A stretch of DNA of 63,492 bases, counting the filler, from Kipferlia bialata (lineage: Eukaryota): NCBI GenBank assembly GCA_003568945.1. It is 4 parts of 4 records of this genome, joined end to end, with 100 filler letters (N's around TTAATTAATTAA, not from the genome) between each part and the next. Parts side by side here need not be neighbours in the genome. Positions count along the whole stretch, not along the records: positions 39,472 to 59,101 come from BDIP01000413.1; 3 more parts are not named here. One strand, 5' to 3'. Shown here piece by piece: positions 41,801 through 56,035 of the stretch. Position 1 is the first letter of the stretch. Each line of letters begins with the position of its first letter. The position numbers and the translations under genes are program-made. The notes beneath the pieces are model-generated. The model was not told where the DNA came from. It saw only the letters and a program-made list of their open reading frames with translations, and searched no databases.

Positions 41801-42183
41801 ATGCAGCAGATGCAGTTGTATGGGGTCGCAGGGGCTATGTCCATGCCCCAATCTGTGGGACACGCTGTGCCAAGTGGTAGTGTCACCGGTACAGCGCAGA
41901 TCCCTGGGTGTGTAGAGGGAGTCTAGTCGATAACATGTTCCATGGTTGACGCGTAGGTGCCCTACACGCATACCGGTGACTGGGAGCTATCTCAATTGTC
42001 TCTTGCATAGAGAGAGTGACGAAACCTTACACTCAATAAAGAGTATCACTCACTATGTCATTGCTTAGGGCGAGTAAACTCCAGAGTCAAGGATCAACAT
42101 ATACACATATCGATACATTTACTACTGGTCATAGACTAGGCGGAGTAAGAGAAATGCCACAAAGAAGGTCAGTCTTGGAAGCA

Positions 42184-45100
42184 TCACTGCCTGACCAGCC
42201 GCACCCCATTGGTTAGCTCTGCCGTCTCAATGTCAAACCCTTCCACAGGCTTGTACACCACACCCGTGATGGGCACTGAGAGGAGCTCGCGCTCAGTCAT
42301 AACCTGGGGGGTCAGTACTAAGCAAGGAAGTATTAAGAAGAATGTATATACACTGGCACTAACCTCCACTGCACACTCAATGTCGTAACAGGGCTCTGGT
42401 ACATCGTCCAGTCTGTACACCTCCTCTGCCAGATGGTCTCTCGGGGGTGCTGCCATTGCAGGGATGTCTATCCTAAGGACAGCAGTGCAGCTCATGCCAA
42501 CAGCTATGAGGCCCATGTTACGCTTGACAACGGTGACTGGGGGGTGAGTCAACAAGGAAGAGGGAGAGAGAGGAGAAGATGAGGTTAAAGCTGTCATATA
42601 TGGTGCGTACCCTTGACCCTGCCTGGGACCTCCCCTGTGAAGGGTCTGATGCCCAGTCTGGCAGGCTCCACACCCACGTTCTTGAGCCGCAGGGTGTAGA
42701 GGAAGCTGAACCCTGCTGGTATGCGGCCTAGCTGCACACTGGTGGGGTGGGGCTCAAACACACGGGTGAGGAGGCCTGGGGTCAGGGGGAGAGGGGGAAT
42801 AGGTAGAGTGCACTGTATCTAGGGAATGGTGTCCGTTGTGTATAGTATATCACGGCACATAGTATACCCCACCTGGGTTGGACTGCTCAATGCGGCACAG
42901 AGAGGAGATGCGGGTGGTACGGATGTTGTCACCCTGGAGTCAGGAACGCAAGTCATGTAAGTATGTCACTACCCCACAGAAGCACATATGGGAGAGAGGG
43001 GGTATGGTAGATATAGTGAATATCTAGGGTGGTCTCACCTCAGCTCTAAGGAATGCTGCGTTGGGACATGCGAAGGGCACACTGTTTCTCATGGAAACCT
43101 GCAGGGTGAGTGCTGATTAAAGCAGAACTATAAATGGCTAGAATCAATACAAGAGAAGAAGACCCTACCTGTGTGAGGCTCTTGAGCTGTGAGTCCCGCC
43201 TGCCATATGCCACTGGGCCTGATGTGCCCTCTCTCTCCCCCTCGGCAGTCTGCTCCCTCTCTCTCTCCACCTGTCTCTCCACCTCCCTAGAGAGCAGAGG
43301 GTTGGTGGATCCAAGCTGTCCGTGTAGCTGGTTCCCAGGCAGGTCAAACCCATACCCCTCTCCCTCCCTGCCCCTGTCTGTCTCCCTCTGTCTCATGCTC
43401 TGGATCGACTGGTCCAGCTGTCTCGCACTAAGCTCAGGCCGCATGGTACCTGCCTCCCTGCTCTGCCGTCTGGACCTGTGCGATGTGCTCATCTGTCTGG
43501 TACGGGCATCTCTAAGGGGCGGCAGGTACCGGGGAAGGGCGCGCTTCCTCTCGATGCGGGCCTTCTCTCTGGCCAGGTTGGCGGTGAGCTGAGGCCTGAT
43601 GTAAGACTCCACACAACATGGCGCACACAAATAGTATTGACAGATAAATATATATACCCCAAAGAACACTCAGTCTCATTCATACCTCTCCAGCCTCTGT
43701 GGCAGCTGCCTGCACTGCACCGTGATGCTCTCTCTCTGCTTCTCCCTCTCTGCCTCTCCCTGGTTCCACCCCTCGGCCCCACCCTGGGTCCATGCCCTGC
43801 CTAGCTCGGTGTCCCAGAAACAGGGCACCTTAGACACACCCTCAGCAGAGGATGCAGAGGAGGTCTCACCAGAGGACACCTCATTAGGCACACTCGGCAC
43901 GGACACCTCGGTCTCGATGACCAGGGAGGTGGGGTACACCCTGGAGGCATCCTCAGTGGAGACTGTGGGGGTCTCCACACCTGGGATGCCCTCTCCGCCA
44001 CTCTCGTCCTCCAGCTCACCCACGCTCTCACCCTCACTGGCAGAGTCAATGTCCACACCGTACTCGGGCTCTCCGGCCATCTCCTGCACCACAGACACCA
44101 GGACCCTAGGGGGAGGGGGGCCCTCGCCCCTCTCCTGCGGCACCTGCAGTCTGAAGGGGTGCCCCACTGCTCTAACACTCTCGACAATGGGCATCACCGC
44201 TGCATGGGGTATGTAGGAGGCAGGGCCGGCAGCAGTGCTGACCACAGCGAGGGAAAGGGGGACAGACGGGGACAGACGGGTCGAGAAGCGCTTCTCTGTG
44301 CTGGGCTGCTTCCTACACGACCCTGTGCTGTATGTGATGACGGCATCCCCACTCTCAGTGAGCACACGCTGCTTGGCACAGCCTGCCAGCTCAGCAACCT
44401 CCTCCCACCTGGGGTTAGAGAAGGGGCAGGGAGGGGGGGATATCAACCTATATACACTACCAACACATACACGTACCTCTCGTAGTCATACCCTGACACG
44501 TGCATGACAGGGGCACAGGGGGGTAGGGGGGAGGTGGAACCCTCAAGAGTAGCGGCATATGCGCGAAGGGCCTCTGCCCCAATCGAGTAGACTACTGGGT
44601 GCAGGGCCTGGTTGAATGTGCCACATACAATGTGGTGCTTGAGGAGGTGGTCGAGGCCGATGCTGGACACTCCACGCAGAAGGTAGTCGTTGGCATACTC
44701 CACACGGTCGGCCTGGGGCGTTAGACTACAGATCCATAGACACATTGAGTGAGTGTGTGTGTGAGAGAGAGTGTGTGACTGTATATATACCTTTGTCAGC
44801 CTCTGGTTGAAGTTGAAGTGGGCTGCCTCGGTCACCCTAGTCTCCATCTGGCCATAGCTCAGAGGGTGGCCAGTCAGCTCCTAGAGGTCAGTAATACACA
44901 CGTTTCGTCATCGCGTAACTCTGTTCCAAACCACCCACCTGCTCACTGATCATGGCGCAGAGTATCTGGTTCTCATATGCCGCCCCGTCCACCTTGTTGG
45001 CAAAGGGGTTGGCTACATGGCCTGTCACGGCACTAGGAGAGGGGACACCCCCAAAGTGGTCGGGGAACCTGGCATAAGGGAACACACTATATATTGTGTT

Positions 45101-48100
45101 GAGTAACAATATTACTACACGATACCGCACCTCTCTCTGTCCCTGTCCCTGACCTGGTCCTGTCTCCATGCCAGGGCCTTCTCGGGGGTCAGGTACTTGC
45201 CATACTCATCCAGAGAGTGGAAGAGGGGGTTGGGGTGGATGGCCTTCACCTCGTTGCCTGTGGTTAAGACTACAGATGATGTCTTAATGAGGGACAGTGT
45301 GTAGTACAATAGTATGCACTAACCTGGTATGGGGTTACCCAGCTCTATGTAGAGGCTGTTCATGCTGATGACGTTGTCGTAGGAACCCTCCGTGGCAGAG
45401 AGTGTAGTGGCAAGAGATACAGATGGGACAAACTTCTTGGCAATGTCGCTGGCCATAGTAACCCTGGTGGGTCAGAGACAGAGGGGGTGCACTATATCAC
45501 ACTGCTAGTATATAATGATATACACAGTGATACCTGTAGACGTCAAAGAGTGGCTGGGCCCTGCTCCTATCGGTGCAGATATAGGAGTTGTCGGAGTGGT
45601 TGACCTGATGTAAGATGACAGGACTGTTGTACACTCTGCTACGAACGACACCATGGCATCGTGGTAGGATACTGGAATAGCACACTGGCACTGAATACAC
45701 ACCTCGTATCTTGTGTAGGGATCACAGGAGGAGTCCAAGTTGTACCGACTCCCAGCGACAGATGCGGCCCTAGACAGAACCTTAGAGGCCACAGAGGCAG
45801 CCCGAGACACAACCTAGGGGTGAGTAATCACAACATACGCGACGCGTATCCAATACAAATACCCACCTTGAATGCCGCCTTGGGCCCCTCCAGGGCATTG
45901 TCACGCAGCAGAGGGGTGCCTGGTCCGGTAGGTACCCCAGAGCGGGGTGAGGATGGGTTGGTGGTGTCGTCAGCCTGCTTGAGACTGTTGGGCAGGTTGA
46001 GGACCTGCTCAGTCACCTGGGGGTGAGAGAAATGTCACAGACAATAGGGACAATTGTCACAATTGTGGGAATATCCTGTGACCTAACCCACCTGCTTGTG
46101 GCACCTCTCGGCAAGCTCTAGCATGGACAGCTCATTGGCTGCATCGCCAAGCACACTCTCCCTCCTGAAGCCATGTCCGTCGGGGGCATAGAGACCCACC
46201 ACCACGGTGCGGTCCTTGGCCCTTTCCTTCTCTCTCTGCTGCTGCAAGGAGGTGCCTCTCTCCCTGGCAGAGACTGGGATGTTCATGGGGGGTGCATCGT
46301 ACTCGGACTCGGGGATGGTGACAGAGACGGGCATCACAAACCCGTTCTGGCCTGTCAGTAGAACTGGCCCAACAATCTGGTCTCCGTAGAACACGTGCTT
46401 GCTGAGGGTGAGGGAGGGAGAGGGAGAGTATAGTGTGCACACGTATACCCTATGTCAGCGCACCTGACCCCAGCCACCACGTGCTGGGCACTTCCTCTGA
46501 CAAGGTCGTATATCACGCAGGAGCCATCAAAGGACTCAAACACAGTGAAGCGAGACTCAATATCGTCGGTGGGAGTGCCAAACTTGTCAGCGATGCTGGA
46601 TGGGAACTGGATGGGTATGTCGTTGCACTTGGACACCCTGGCAAAAAGAGGCATCGAGTAGGACGTCTTGACTGGGAAGTGGGAGTCAAGAGCAGCACTG
46701 GAGTGAGGATGACACTGAACGAAATCTACACGATTGAGAAACCAAACGTCTGTGACCATTGCATACCTGCTGAGGAGTCCCTGGGAGTGGTATATGGCTG
46801 AGAGCTGTCTCTCCATGCACATCAGCTCTCCCTCTGGGGTCTGGGGCACACTCCCGTCCTGGTTACCATCCCTCTCAACCACCTGAGCACTAGGGGAACG
46901 GGCAAGGGCAGTCTTGAGCTCTGTGGAGGCCTCAAACCCATCAGCTCTGGGGGTGAGAGATCATATAGGAACAAAAGGGACTCTAGTGAATGAGAATAGT
47001 CTGGCTACGGTTGGCATACCTGCTCTTGATGTATCTGTTGTGCTTGGGGTAGAAGTTGGTGGAGCAGGGCACGCTGCCCAGCTCCTCCCCACCCTCTGCC
47101 CCCCTCACAATGCTATCTGTGCCACTGACAGTGACATACTGGGGGAGGGATGCACCCTTGGTGTAGACCTTGGAGTAGAGATCACTGTACACCCCTCTGT
47201 GTAGTGTCATGTCACCCCCTGTGGACATGCTGCACACCAGCATGCTCTTGCCCTGTGCCACAGACACTACATCTCCTGTCCTGGTGGTACATGACGTGAG
47301 GGCGGCATACACAGTGTAGGAGCCAGGGCGCACCGCCACAGATAGGCGGAGGTCTCCGGTGACCCTGTCGACACTGCAGTCGCTGCCCTCCTCGGTCTCT
47401 CTCCTCTCCTCCTCTCCCTCCTTCTCCCCCTCTGCCTCACCCTCCTTAGTAGCTTCAGCATCTGCCACCTTCTCAGTGACACTCTCTCTCCTAGCCTCGG
47501 TCAGCATCAGGTAGGCGAGCCTCAGGGGGTGGGTCATGTCAGACGAGGTGAGGGGTGGGACAAATCCAGTGCCTCCGATGGGGAAGGAGGGGAAGAGGTA
47601 TGTGGTGGTGAACTCCAGTGTTGTGGGTACTGCACCAGCCTCAGGGTCCACAGGGGAGAGAGATGACTGCAGCAGTGAGGGGCTGGACTGCACAGGCACC
47701 CTCTCGCACATGGTCACAGCATTGCCCTGGGAGTGCAGGGAGATACGGGTGCCGCAGGCATCAAGGTGCACCTGGGGGGTGAGAGGGGTGCATACAATAT
47801 ATGTATACTGTGATGACATGAATGCCACCCACCTGCTCCCCACTGGAGAGTGATGTCACCATGGACGCACAGGATGGCCTAGACCCCACCACAGGGGTGC
47901 CTGCCTTGGGGACAGACTCGGTCCTGAGGGTTAGAGTACTCAGAGAACACGGAGACTAACTGAACACTAAGAACACAGTTATTGCACGCACCTAGCGTTC
48001 CGCATATCCGTGGCCCTCTTGGCCGCACTCTTGTACTTGTCGAGCTTCTGCTGTCTGAGCAGCATGAGAGCGGCATGCCTCCTAGTGGTCAGAAAGAATG

Positions 48101-50639
48101 AGAGAGAGAGCGAGAGAGAGAGAAGAGGGAGTATCCTACTCATACCCGGTGGGGAGTGTCTCACCTGCGAGTCTTTGCGTCTGCCCTAGACGTCCCCCCT
48201 CTGCTGCTGGCCCTGCTGTCCCCCCTGCCGGAGTGGGCACCCTCGGGTATGTCGAGACCGCCAAGGGAGTCTAGCGTGGAGCGGAAGGGAACCTCTGGGG
48301 TGAGACTATACACTACAGATATACTGACTGAAACGGCAGAATGTAGCCACTCACCGTCGTTCTCCCCCTTGCCGCCCTCCCCCTCTGCCTCTGCCTCTCC
48401 CATATCAGGGGCCTGGGTGTAGCCAACCAGCCTCCTCTCCCACTGTACAGGGGTCACAGACAGAGTGCCGGACCTGGGGTGGGGACAGGTTTCTCTACCA
48501 CAAATGCATGAGAGTCACCTGGGACACTGGAATGGAATAGATATCCTTGCATATACATAACGTACCCAAACAGAGGGTCGAGTACTCCAACTGGGTTCCT
48601 GTCACACTTTACGTGTACAGATCCCTCGTTGGGGTGGCACATCAGGTGTGACATGTGAAGCTGGATCGAGTACGGCGCCATATCCGCGGGGGCATAGTCG
48701 AGTGCCGGGCAGATTGCCGGGATGTGGACGTCGATGGGCTGCTGCTCGTCTCTCTCCCTGTCTCTCTCGGCCTCCTCTGCCCTGGACTCTCTAGTGTGTC
48801 TGTCTGTCTCAGACCCGTCATTCTCCTTCTCCCTCTCTATCCTAGTCAGGGAGTGGGTGACCCTCCTGCTCACCAGCATCTCCACAGTCTCCCCAACCAC
48901 AGGGACTCCCTTTGTGGTATCCTTGTCCCTGCTCCACTTGCCACCCACAGTGCGAACAAGGCCCATCTTCATGGTACCTCTTCTGGTATCACGGGCGCCC
49001 TCTCTCTCCCTCTCCTCTGCGTTGCATAGGTACAGGTTGTCGGTGGTGTAGACTGGCTTCCTGTATGCAGGTGATGGGTACAGGGCGTGGGACAGCTCGT
49101 CTACCTCCCGCAGCTTCTGCATGGTCTGGGGGTGAGACATGCACAGTAACAGACACCCATGTGATACATTACTGATGAGTATATACAATAGTGTCTATAC
49201 CTTGTCGGACCCTTCCTCCATGAATGGATCGACAGCAGTGGACAGAGGGACAGAGCGACGGGGGATGGGGGTGGGGAGGGAGTCCACAGAGATGGACTCG
49301 ATCCTGAGGGTTGGATGGCTGTACTATATGAGAGGTGATTAGTATGCATGTCTATATATACCTTGGTGCCAGCAGTCCGTCTCTGCTGTTGGCCAGGGCA
49401 CGCTGCTGGATGTACGACACAGCCTAGGGGTGAGCCTTTGATACTAGATTATAACCATATGTATGATAGTGTCACTCACCTCCACCACTCCCTTGTGGGT
49501 AGCAAACCCGCTCAGTGTGGGTACAAATGCAATGGTGACCCTCTCATACGGGACTGTACTGCTGAGTGGGGACACAGCCCACATGCTGCCCTCAGTCACA
49601 TTGGGCCCATGCCTCACAAAGAGCCTGTCGGGCTGGCCGTCCTCCCCCCCTGCGGCTATGACAGATGCCTCAGCACTCTTGGCACCCTTGACAGGGGCAG
49701 ACAGGGCCTGGATGCGGCATGTGCGGGAGATGTACAGGGCATGGAGGAGGGACTCCACACCCATGCCCTCCTCACCTAAGGGCACAGTGAATACATATGA
49801 GTCTGCGTGCTCCTCCGATGCCCTGTTGAGCAGGTGTCTGATGATACCCACATCGGCTCCCTCCTCCACCATCTCCCCCTCACTGCCATCACTGTAGGGG
49901 GTGTCGCACTCCCTGGAGTACACACGCCTAGAGCCCCTAGAGCCTCTAGATGACGCCCTAGATGCCCTGGAGGCACCCCTTGAGCGCAGACCCACACTCT
50001 GAGCACTGACTGAGCTCTCTGCAGTCCCCTGCCTGCTCTCCCCCTCGCTCTCCTCGTCGCTGTCCCCCTCACTCTCTTCCATGTCCTGTCTGGTCAGTGC
50101 CTCAGCCTTCAGCATGGGGGCCACACTGTGGGTGTACTCCCAGCGGCATATGCTGCTGGATATCCTGCCCCATACGGCCTCCATCTCTACATCGACACCG
50201 GTAGACAGGGGGAGGGAGAGACAGGCGTGGGTGTCAGTGTTGGGTGCAAAGAGACCGTTGAGAGGGTCATTAAGTGGGTGGGACGGAGGGGTCACACAGC
50301 GCCCCTCACCCTCTTCCTCTGTGTCTGTACATGCACACCCTGCCTCCAGGGCAGGACTGGCGGTAGGGGCATCCCCGTTGGCAACCTCTGCAGAGGTGGA
50401 CAGACACCAGGAGAGAGAGGCTCGCAGGTGCTGGCGCTCGCTCTCGCAGAGAACCTCCTCAAGCTGCCTTTGGGGTCAGAAGTTTTACTCTCTGAACAAA
50501 TAACGACACGATATACGATAACTACACGATACGTCCACAACCCACCTGTCCTCGGCCTCCTCCTCTCCCTCTCCCTCCTTCTCGGCCTCCTCGTCTGCCT
50601 TGCCCTTTCCCTTTCCCTTGCCCTTCCTGAGATAAGGGT

Positions 50640-50679
<40 letters not shown>

Positions 50680-52829
50680 GAAGATCACACCAATGTATCA
50701 TGTCTGTAATGAGAGTAGCTCACTCACTTTCCCTTCTTGGCGGCCTCTCTCTCCTTCTCCTTCTCTGCTGCCTTGTCGCGTCTCTCTCTCTCCTTGTCTT
50801 CTAGCTTGGCTGCCTCTCCCCCTAGCCTGGCAAGCTCTACAGAGTGGGGGTGGGTGGGCTCAAACAGAGAGGTCACCTGCTCCAGCAGAGAGTCAAGCAC
50901 CACAGGGACAGTCTGGGGATAAGTGACACACACACACACACATACACAGAGAGAGAGAGAGAGAGAATATCCTGACCTGGAGGCATGGGGGGAACATCCC
51001 CAGTCTCTCAGCATAGTACTCGAGGGTGGGGGTGGGAGACTCCTCCCCTGCTGGGACAACAATGGGGTCTATGGGCACACAGGCAGCCTGCGATGTCAGA
51101 GAGATATAATAGGGCAGCGAGGAGTTCTAATAACTGCTACCAAGTACATCTGTGCATATGGGAGTGTCTACCTTGCGCAGAGGCAAAGGGAGTGGGGTCT
51201 CCACCACCAGCTTGCCCAGGGGTGTCTCCTTGGGGGCCTCCTTGGCCAGTGCTGCTCTCTCCCTCTCCTTCTCTTGGTTGGAGTCCACATACACGGTGGA
51301 CATCAGCTGGAGGGGGACGGGGGAGGGGGCAGACAGAGAGGCAACCTGGGGTGGGGGGAGGGGAGGGGTAGTGCACATATACACATATACACACACTTAT
51401 ATACCCACCTTGTGCTTCTCGAGCCATGGCTTGTACACAGCTGCAGTCAGGAGCAGCCTGCAAATGGTGCTGACCAGCAGACCGGTGATGGCGTCACCTG
51501 GGGTGTTAGATAGAGGGAAGCATATCACTATAGAGAGGGGTAATAATGGTACCAACCAGTACTCACCATATGCCACCCTGGCCTGCTCCTCCCTCTGTGC
51601 TACATCCTCCTCTGTCTCTCCCTCCCCCTCTGCCTCGGGGGCAGGGGGCAGGGCGGGTCTCTCGCACTGCACCACACTGGTCAATGCACCCTCAACCTCC
51701 TGCAACACCTCACAGGCCCTCTCCACTGCATGTACCCTAGGGACCTCTCCCTCTGTCTGCACAGGGGCAGACCCAGCACCCTTTATCCGGATGTGTCCAG
51801 AGAGCACAAGCTTGGAAGCCACCCAAGCCTTGCAAACCCTCTCTCTCTCCGCACCTGGGAGTCAGAAAGGATATATCCAGTGAATCTATATAATAGTCTT
51901 ATTCACACACCTGGTGTGTCCATCTCTGCCTGCCTCTCTCTCTCTCTCTCCTTGGCCAGTGCCTCTGCATCAACCTCTCCCTCTCCCTCTGCAACAGGCC
52001 TGTCCCTCTCTGTCAGGTCCCACCCATTCAACAGCACAACAAGGTCAATCCCAGTGGTGGCAAAGGGCGGGAGGCGCTCGTCTGTCTCTAGGGGTGAGGG
52101 GGTTGAGGGTAAGAGAGAGAAACTGGAAAATGGTCGATCAGTATTGTACACTCACAGGTCTCAACATTCACATGACCCACCTGTGAGAGTAGCAGCATCC
52201 ACCACAGTCACTGGCCTGTGTGCTGGCTTGAAGGCAGGGGAGCTCTTGCCCTTGGGGTTGGTCCACTGGGGCCTGTTCTTCTAGGGGTCAGAGAGGGAGA
52301 ACAAGCAAGGGGAGTCTCAATGCGGCCTAACAGTTACATACTGAGGAAATATATACTATTGATGCAACTCTAACCAGCCGACAGCAACCCTAAGTGCACA
52401 TGCGACCAATCATAGAGAATACTACAGCATCCACACTCAGAGACACTTTCACCCAATAACACCACTCTACACCACTTGAACTAATACAAAAGTATACACA
52501 GCAGCACTCAATACACTCACACACACCTGATACTTGGTTGGGGCATGGTCATAGGCGAAGTACTTGATGTAATCACTGAGGACAGCCAGACGCTGTGACA
52601 GCGTCGGCTGCTCGCCCTTCTGCAGCTCATCCTTCACAACTGTGATACTGGGGTAGGGACTGTTCCACAAGAAGTCCAGAACCGATGCGTACTCGGCCAC
52701 CACTAGCCTAGGGACGATGCCAGAGCGCATCTTGTCCACAGCATAGTCCAAATCGGCATCACCAGCACCATCGACACTAAATAGAGCACATGTGCACAGG
52801 GACTCGCGTTCCTGTTCACCTGTGTCCAT
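42184..52829 (-). CDS. SPAG17: SPAG17/PF6-like flagellar central-pair protein (large, multi-exon, C-terminal ASH/Ig-like domain)
   Basis: ATG is at 52829 and the protein exceeds 2000 aa. The C-terminus VFEPHPTSVQLGRIPAGFSFLYTLRLKNVGVEPARL...GLIAVGMSCTAVLRI...VMTERELLSVPITGVV matches my recollection of the SPAG17/PF6 terminal ASH domain. It also has charged ER/EK stretches and beta-rich DG-turn segments. Confidence 0.6.
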
Positions 52830-53024
52830 TTAAGATGCCACAATCCTCTGTTTGGTGCAAATATAGCCTTAGAAGCAGCACTTGAGCCAAGCAAAGTCAC
52901 AGTTCTCTGCGAATTTTTGCAGAATTGAGAGAGGGTCCAGTGGCCAGCCCAGTGACTGTTGCTCTATACACACCGCCAATACCCACCATACATCGCTCTG
53001 TGTCTTCTGTCCTGTGAGGGAAAG
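52830..53024. promoter_or_regulatory. Putative bidirectional promoter (195 bp)
   Basis: Short, repeat-free spacer between the divergent ATGs at 52829 (-) and 53025 (+). Confidence 0.6.
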
Positions 53025-53542
53025 ATGGACATGGATATGGAGAATCTCACTCCTGAGGAGAGGGAGATTATGGTTCTGAACAAGAGGCTTGAGGAGCGGC
53101 GGAAACAGGTCAGCCCAACTCCATCCACAAGCAGCCTGCCTTCCCTCTGAGTGATCACTCCTCTCTCACTTCCAGGCTCTGCAGAGCATCAATGATGATC
53201 TTGCAGAGACGTCCCCTCAGGCCCAGCGTGCAGGGGAAGACGTGCAGGTGGGTGTACAGCTATATATAGTAGTTAGCCTGTCACCTGCATACTGGTCAGT
53301 ACATCCCTATTCCCTTGCCACAAATCCTCAATAGACCTCACTTACATATCAAATCCCCCCCACTCTGTCTCCCAAGTCCATATTCTTTCAGTCCTCCCTT
53401 CTCTTCTCTCCTTCGGCCTTCGCTACCTCTTTGTACTCTGTATCATGGGTTGCCACCCTCACCTTCTATATCCCTCCTTCTATCTTACTGTCTCCCTCCC
53501 CACACACACATAAGCGTATGCAGGTCAGTGAGACCCATTATT

Positions 53543-53574
<32 letters not shown>

Positions 53575-55210
53575 ACTCTCAGGAGTATGCAGACACCGAG
53601 ACCCATGATGCCCTGGACATGGAGGAGTTTGGTGCCAATGCCACAGTAGGGGTGGTGCATGAGGAGACACAGGAGGGGGAGGGGGAGGGGGAGAGAGAGA
53701 GGTCAGCCACCACCAGACCCCCTGCCTCCAGACAGAGGAGAGAGGGAGAGAGGGAGAGGGAGAGGGCACCGGGTTCTGCCAGGACACAGAGATCGAGCAG
53801 GGGCAGGGAGTCCCGGCAAGAGACGAGGGGAGAGGGGGAGGCCAATGTGGATAGGACTTATAGGTAATCCTGTCTGGTGTCTCATAATTATGCTGGTATT
53901 CTAGACTCCGCCCTGACGCCAGGCTTCAGCGCCCACCCCCTGATATCCAGAAGAGGCTGGAGGAGCTAGGTAGGGGGAATGCTGCATGTATTAAAGTAAT
54001 TGGCATCTCTGTAGTGGTCCTACTGCTGTTTATCACGTCTTTACCCCCAGCCTCCCGCCTTGGCGAGATGGGCCATGACGAGGCTGCAGGCCAGGCCGCT
54101 GCCCACCTGGGAGTGACAGCCAATGCGGCATACCTCAAGGAGCAGAACAAGGCGCTCAAGCAGGTGGGGACCCGGTACATACCATGTCATGATATGGTCA
54201 TATATACTAATGTGTGTACATATATAGACTGGCTTACCCCTAGGAGCTGGCTGCCATGGCTGAGGAGCTGGCCTCTGCCAGGGATGAGGCAGGACATGCA
54301 CAGAGGAAGGCAAATGCCGCAGAGAGTGAGTAATATCCTTTACACTCCCTCCACTACTTATGCACACAGTACTATGTATACACTGTATACGATACACCTC
54401 TCTCTCTCTTTCTCTTACTGCCAGGCCGTGCCCAGGAGCTGGAGCGTTCCCTCCGCAAGGCCGGCACTAGACACGAGGCCATGAGGAAGCAGGTGTCCGA
54501 CGCACAGGACAGGACAGGGAGGGCAGAGGCTGCCCTGGAGACTGCGAGGCGGGAGGGGGAGGCAGCCAGGAGGCAGGCTCAGGTATAGGGATACTGATAT
54601 ATTGGCACTAATGACTGGATATCACCTGTGTTTTAGTATATATGTATGTATGTGTGTGTGTATGTACCCCTCTCACCCCCCAGGGCCAGAAGAGTGCCGT
54701 GTCCCACAGGGACAAGCAGCTGACACGGGCGCTGGACTCAGCCGCCAGATACAAGGTGTGGCAAATCCCACTCTCTCTCTCTCATTATATATATATCTCT
54801 CTCTTACTCTAGACCCTTCTTGCGGCCTCTGAGGAGAGACTCAAGGAGGTCGAGGCCCTGAGCCGCAAGAGCAGCAGTGACACCACTGCCAGGGTGGGGG
54901 CTGTGGAGAGAGAGAGGTCGGAGCTGGTGGCAGTTGTCAGAAAGCAGGTGGGGCGGCATATACATACATACATTAGTATACTGTAGTGTATGGGAGGTAG
55001 GAGAATGTGAGTCTAATATACTAGTGTGCGTGTACTGACCCTAGGCCGAGTTGATCAATGTCCTCAGACAGCAGAAGCTGCACCTGGAAGCTGCATCAAG
55101 GTGTGTGCAAACACTCTCAATTGTCTCTCAACATCTCTCCATCTCACCCTAGGCTCGCTATATCCGAGGAGGAGTTTGCCAGAGTCCTGGAGATGGGACC
55201 AACTGAGTAA
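53025..55210 (+). CDS. TEX9: TEX9-like coiled-coil ciliary/centriolar protein
   Basis: The spliced C-terminus DKQLTRALDSAARYK...RERSELVAVVRKQAELINVLRQQKLHLEAASRLAISEEEFARVLEMGPTE* matches the TEX9 signature (RLxRAL...KQxxLIxxLxxQKxHxEAA...EEEF..L). Confidence 0.8.
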
Positions 55211-55264
55211 TAGACCTCACCATGTAGATAAGATGTGAAGTATACATGGGATGAATATGTAGTG

Positions 55265-55851
55265 CTACACTAGCTGTGATACACAAGACTCCAAACAGAG
55301 TCCGCTTGAGTCGGACACTTGTAGCAAGAGATCATGAGTCACAGTATGACTGATGAGAACTAACGCACTCCTTCTTGGTTCGTCATTACTGAGACTATGC
55401 GAGTTAGACCGTATGATGTTATTAAAATGATGAATCCTAAAAATTGATGAATATTTGAGTTGGTTTGATTCACCCACAAGCCTTTTCCATCACTCACATA
55501 GTCAGTCAAGAGAGCGTTTACTGACTCCCACAAGCACCTGTATGCAGTCCCTGGCTCTGTGGGGATGTGCTGTGCTATGTTGGTGTGTGTGTGTGATGTG
55601 CGAGACATCGGAAAGGTATGATGCACACTCTTAGTGTCATACCTGTCTATCTATATCGGTGTGGTCATTGCTATTCAATGCATACATATCTTGCTATGAG
55701 TGTGTATTGGTGGGCTTTTAGTAGTACTGCGGCTGTAGTGGTTCTCCGAGTGAGCCCTTGTATGAGTTGTTCTCTCTCGATAGAAGTGAGGCGTTTCGAT
55801 GAATGGACTTGATAGGACCTTCTACAGTATATAGCCATGATATAGACTGGT
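55265..55851 (-). CDS. Probable 3' exons of a hypothetical gene (5' end absent)
   Basis: Acceptor-flanked minus-strand segments encode PGTAYRCLWESVNALLTDYVSDGKGL and LSNDEPRRSALVLISHTVTHDLLLQVSDSSGLCLESCVSQLV*. Another acceptor (ctgactag) lies at about 55852. Exon phases are not fully resolved. Confidence 0.35.
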
Positions 55852-56035
55852 ACTAGTCAGAGCCTACATCCCTCAGTAGTAAGGGGATACTCTCATCCTC
55901 TATAACCCTCCCCCCCCCCTCCCCCTCCCCCCCTCCCCCCCCCCCCCCCCCCCCCCACCTGCCTTCCACTGTTAGTATTACCTCTCTATTGTTCCAGGAC
56001 TTACCTCACACACTCTCTCCCTCTCTAACACCTAG

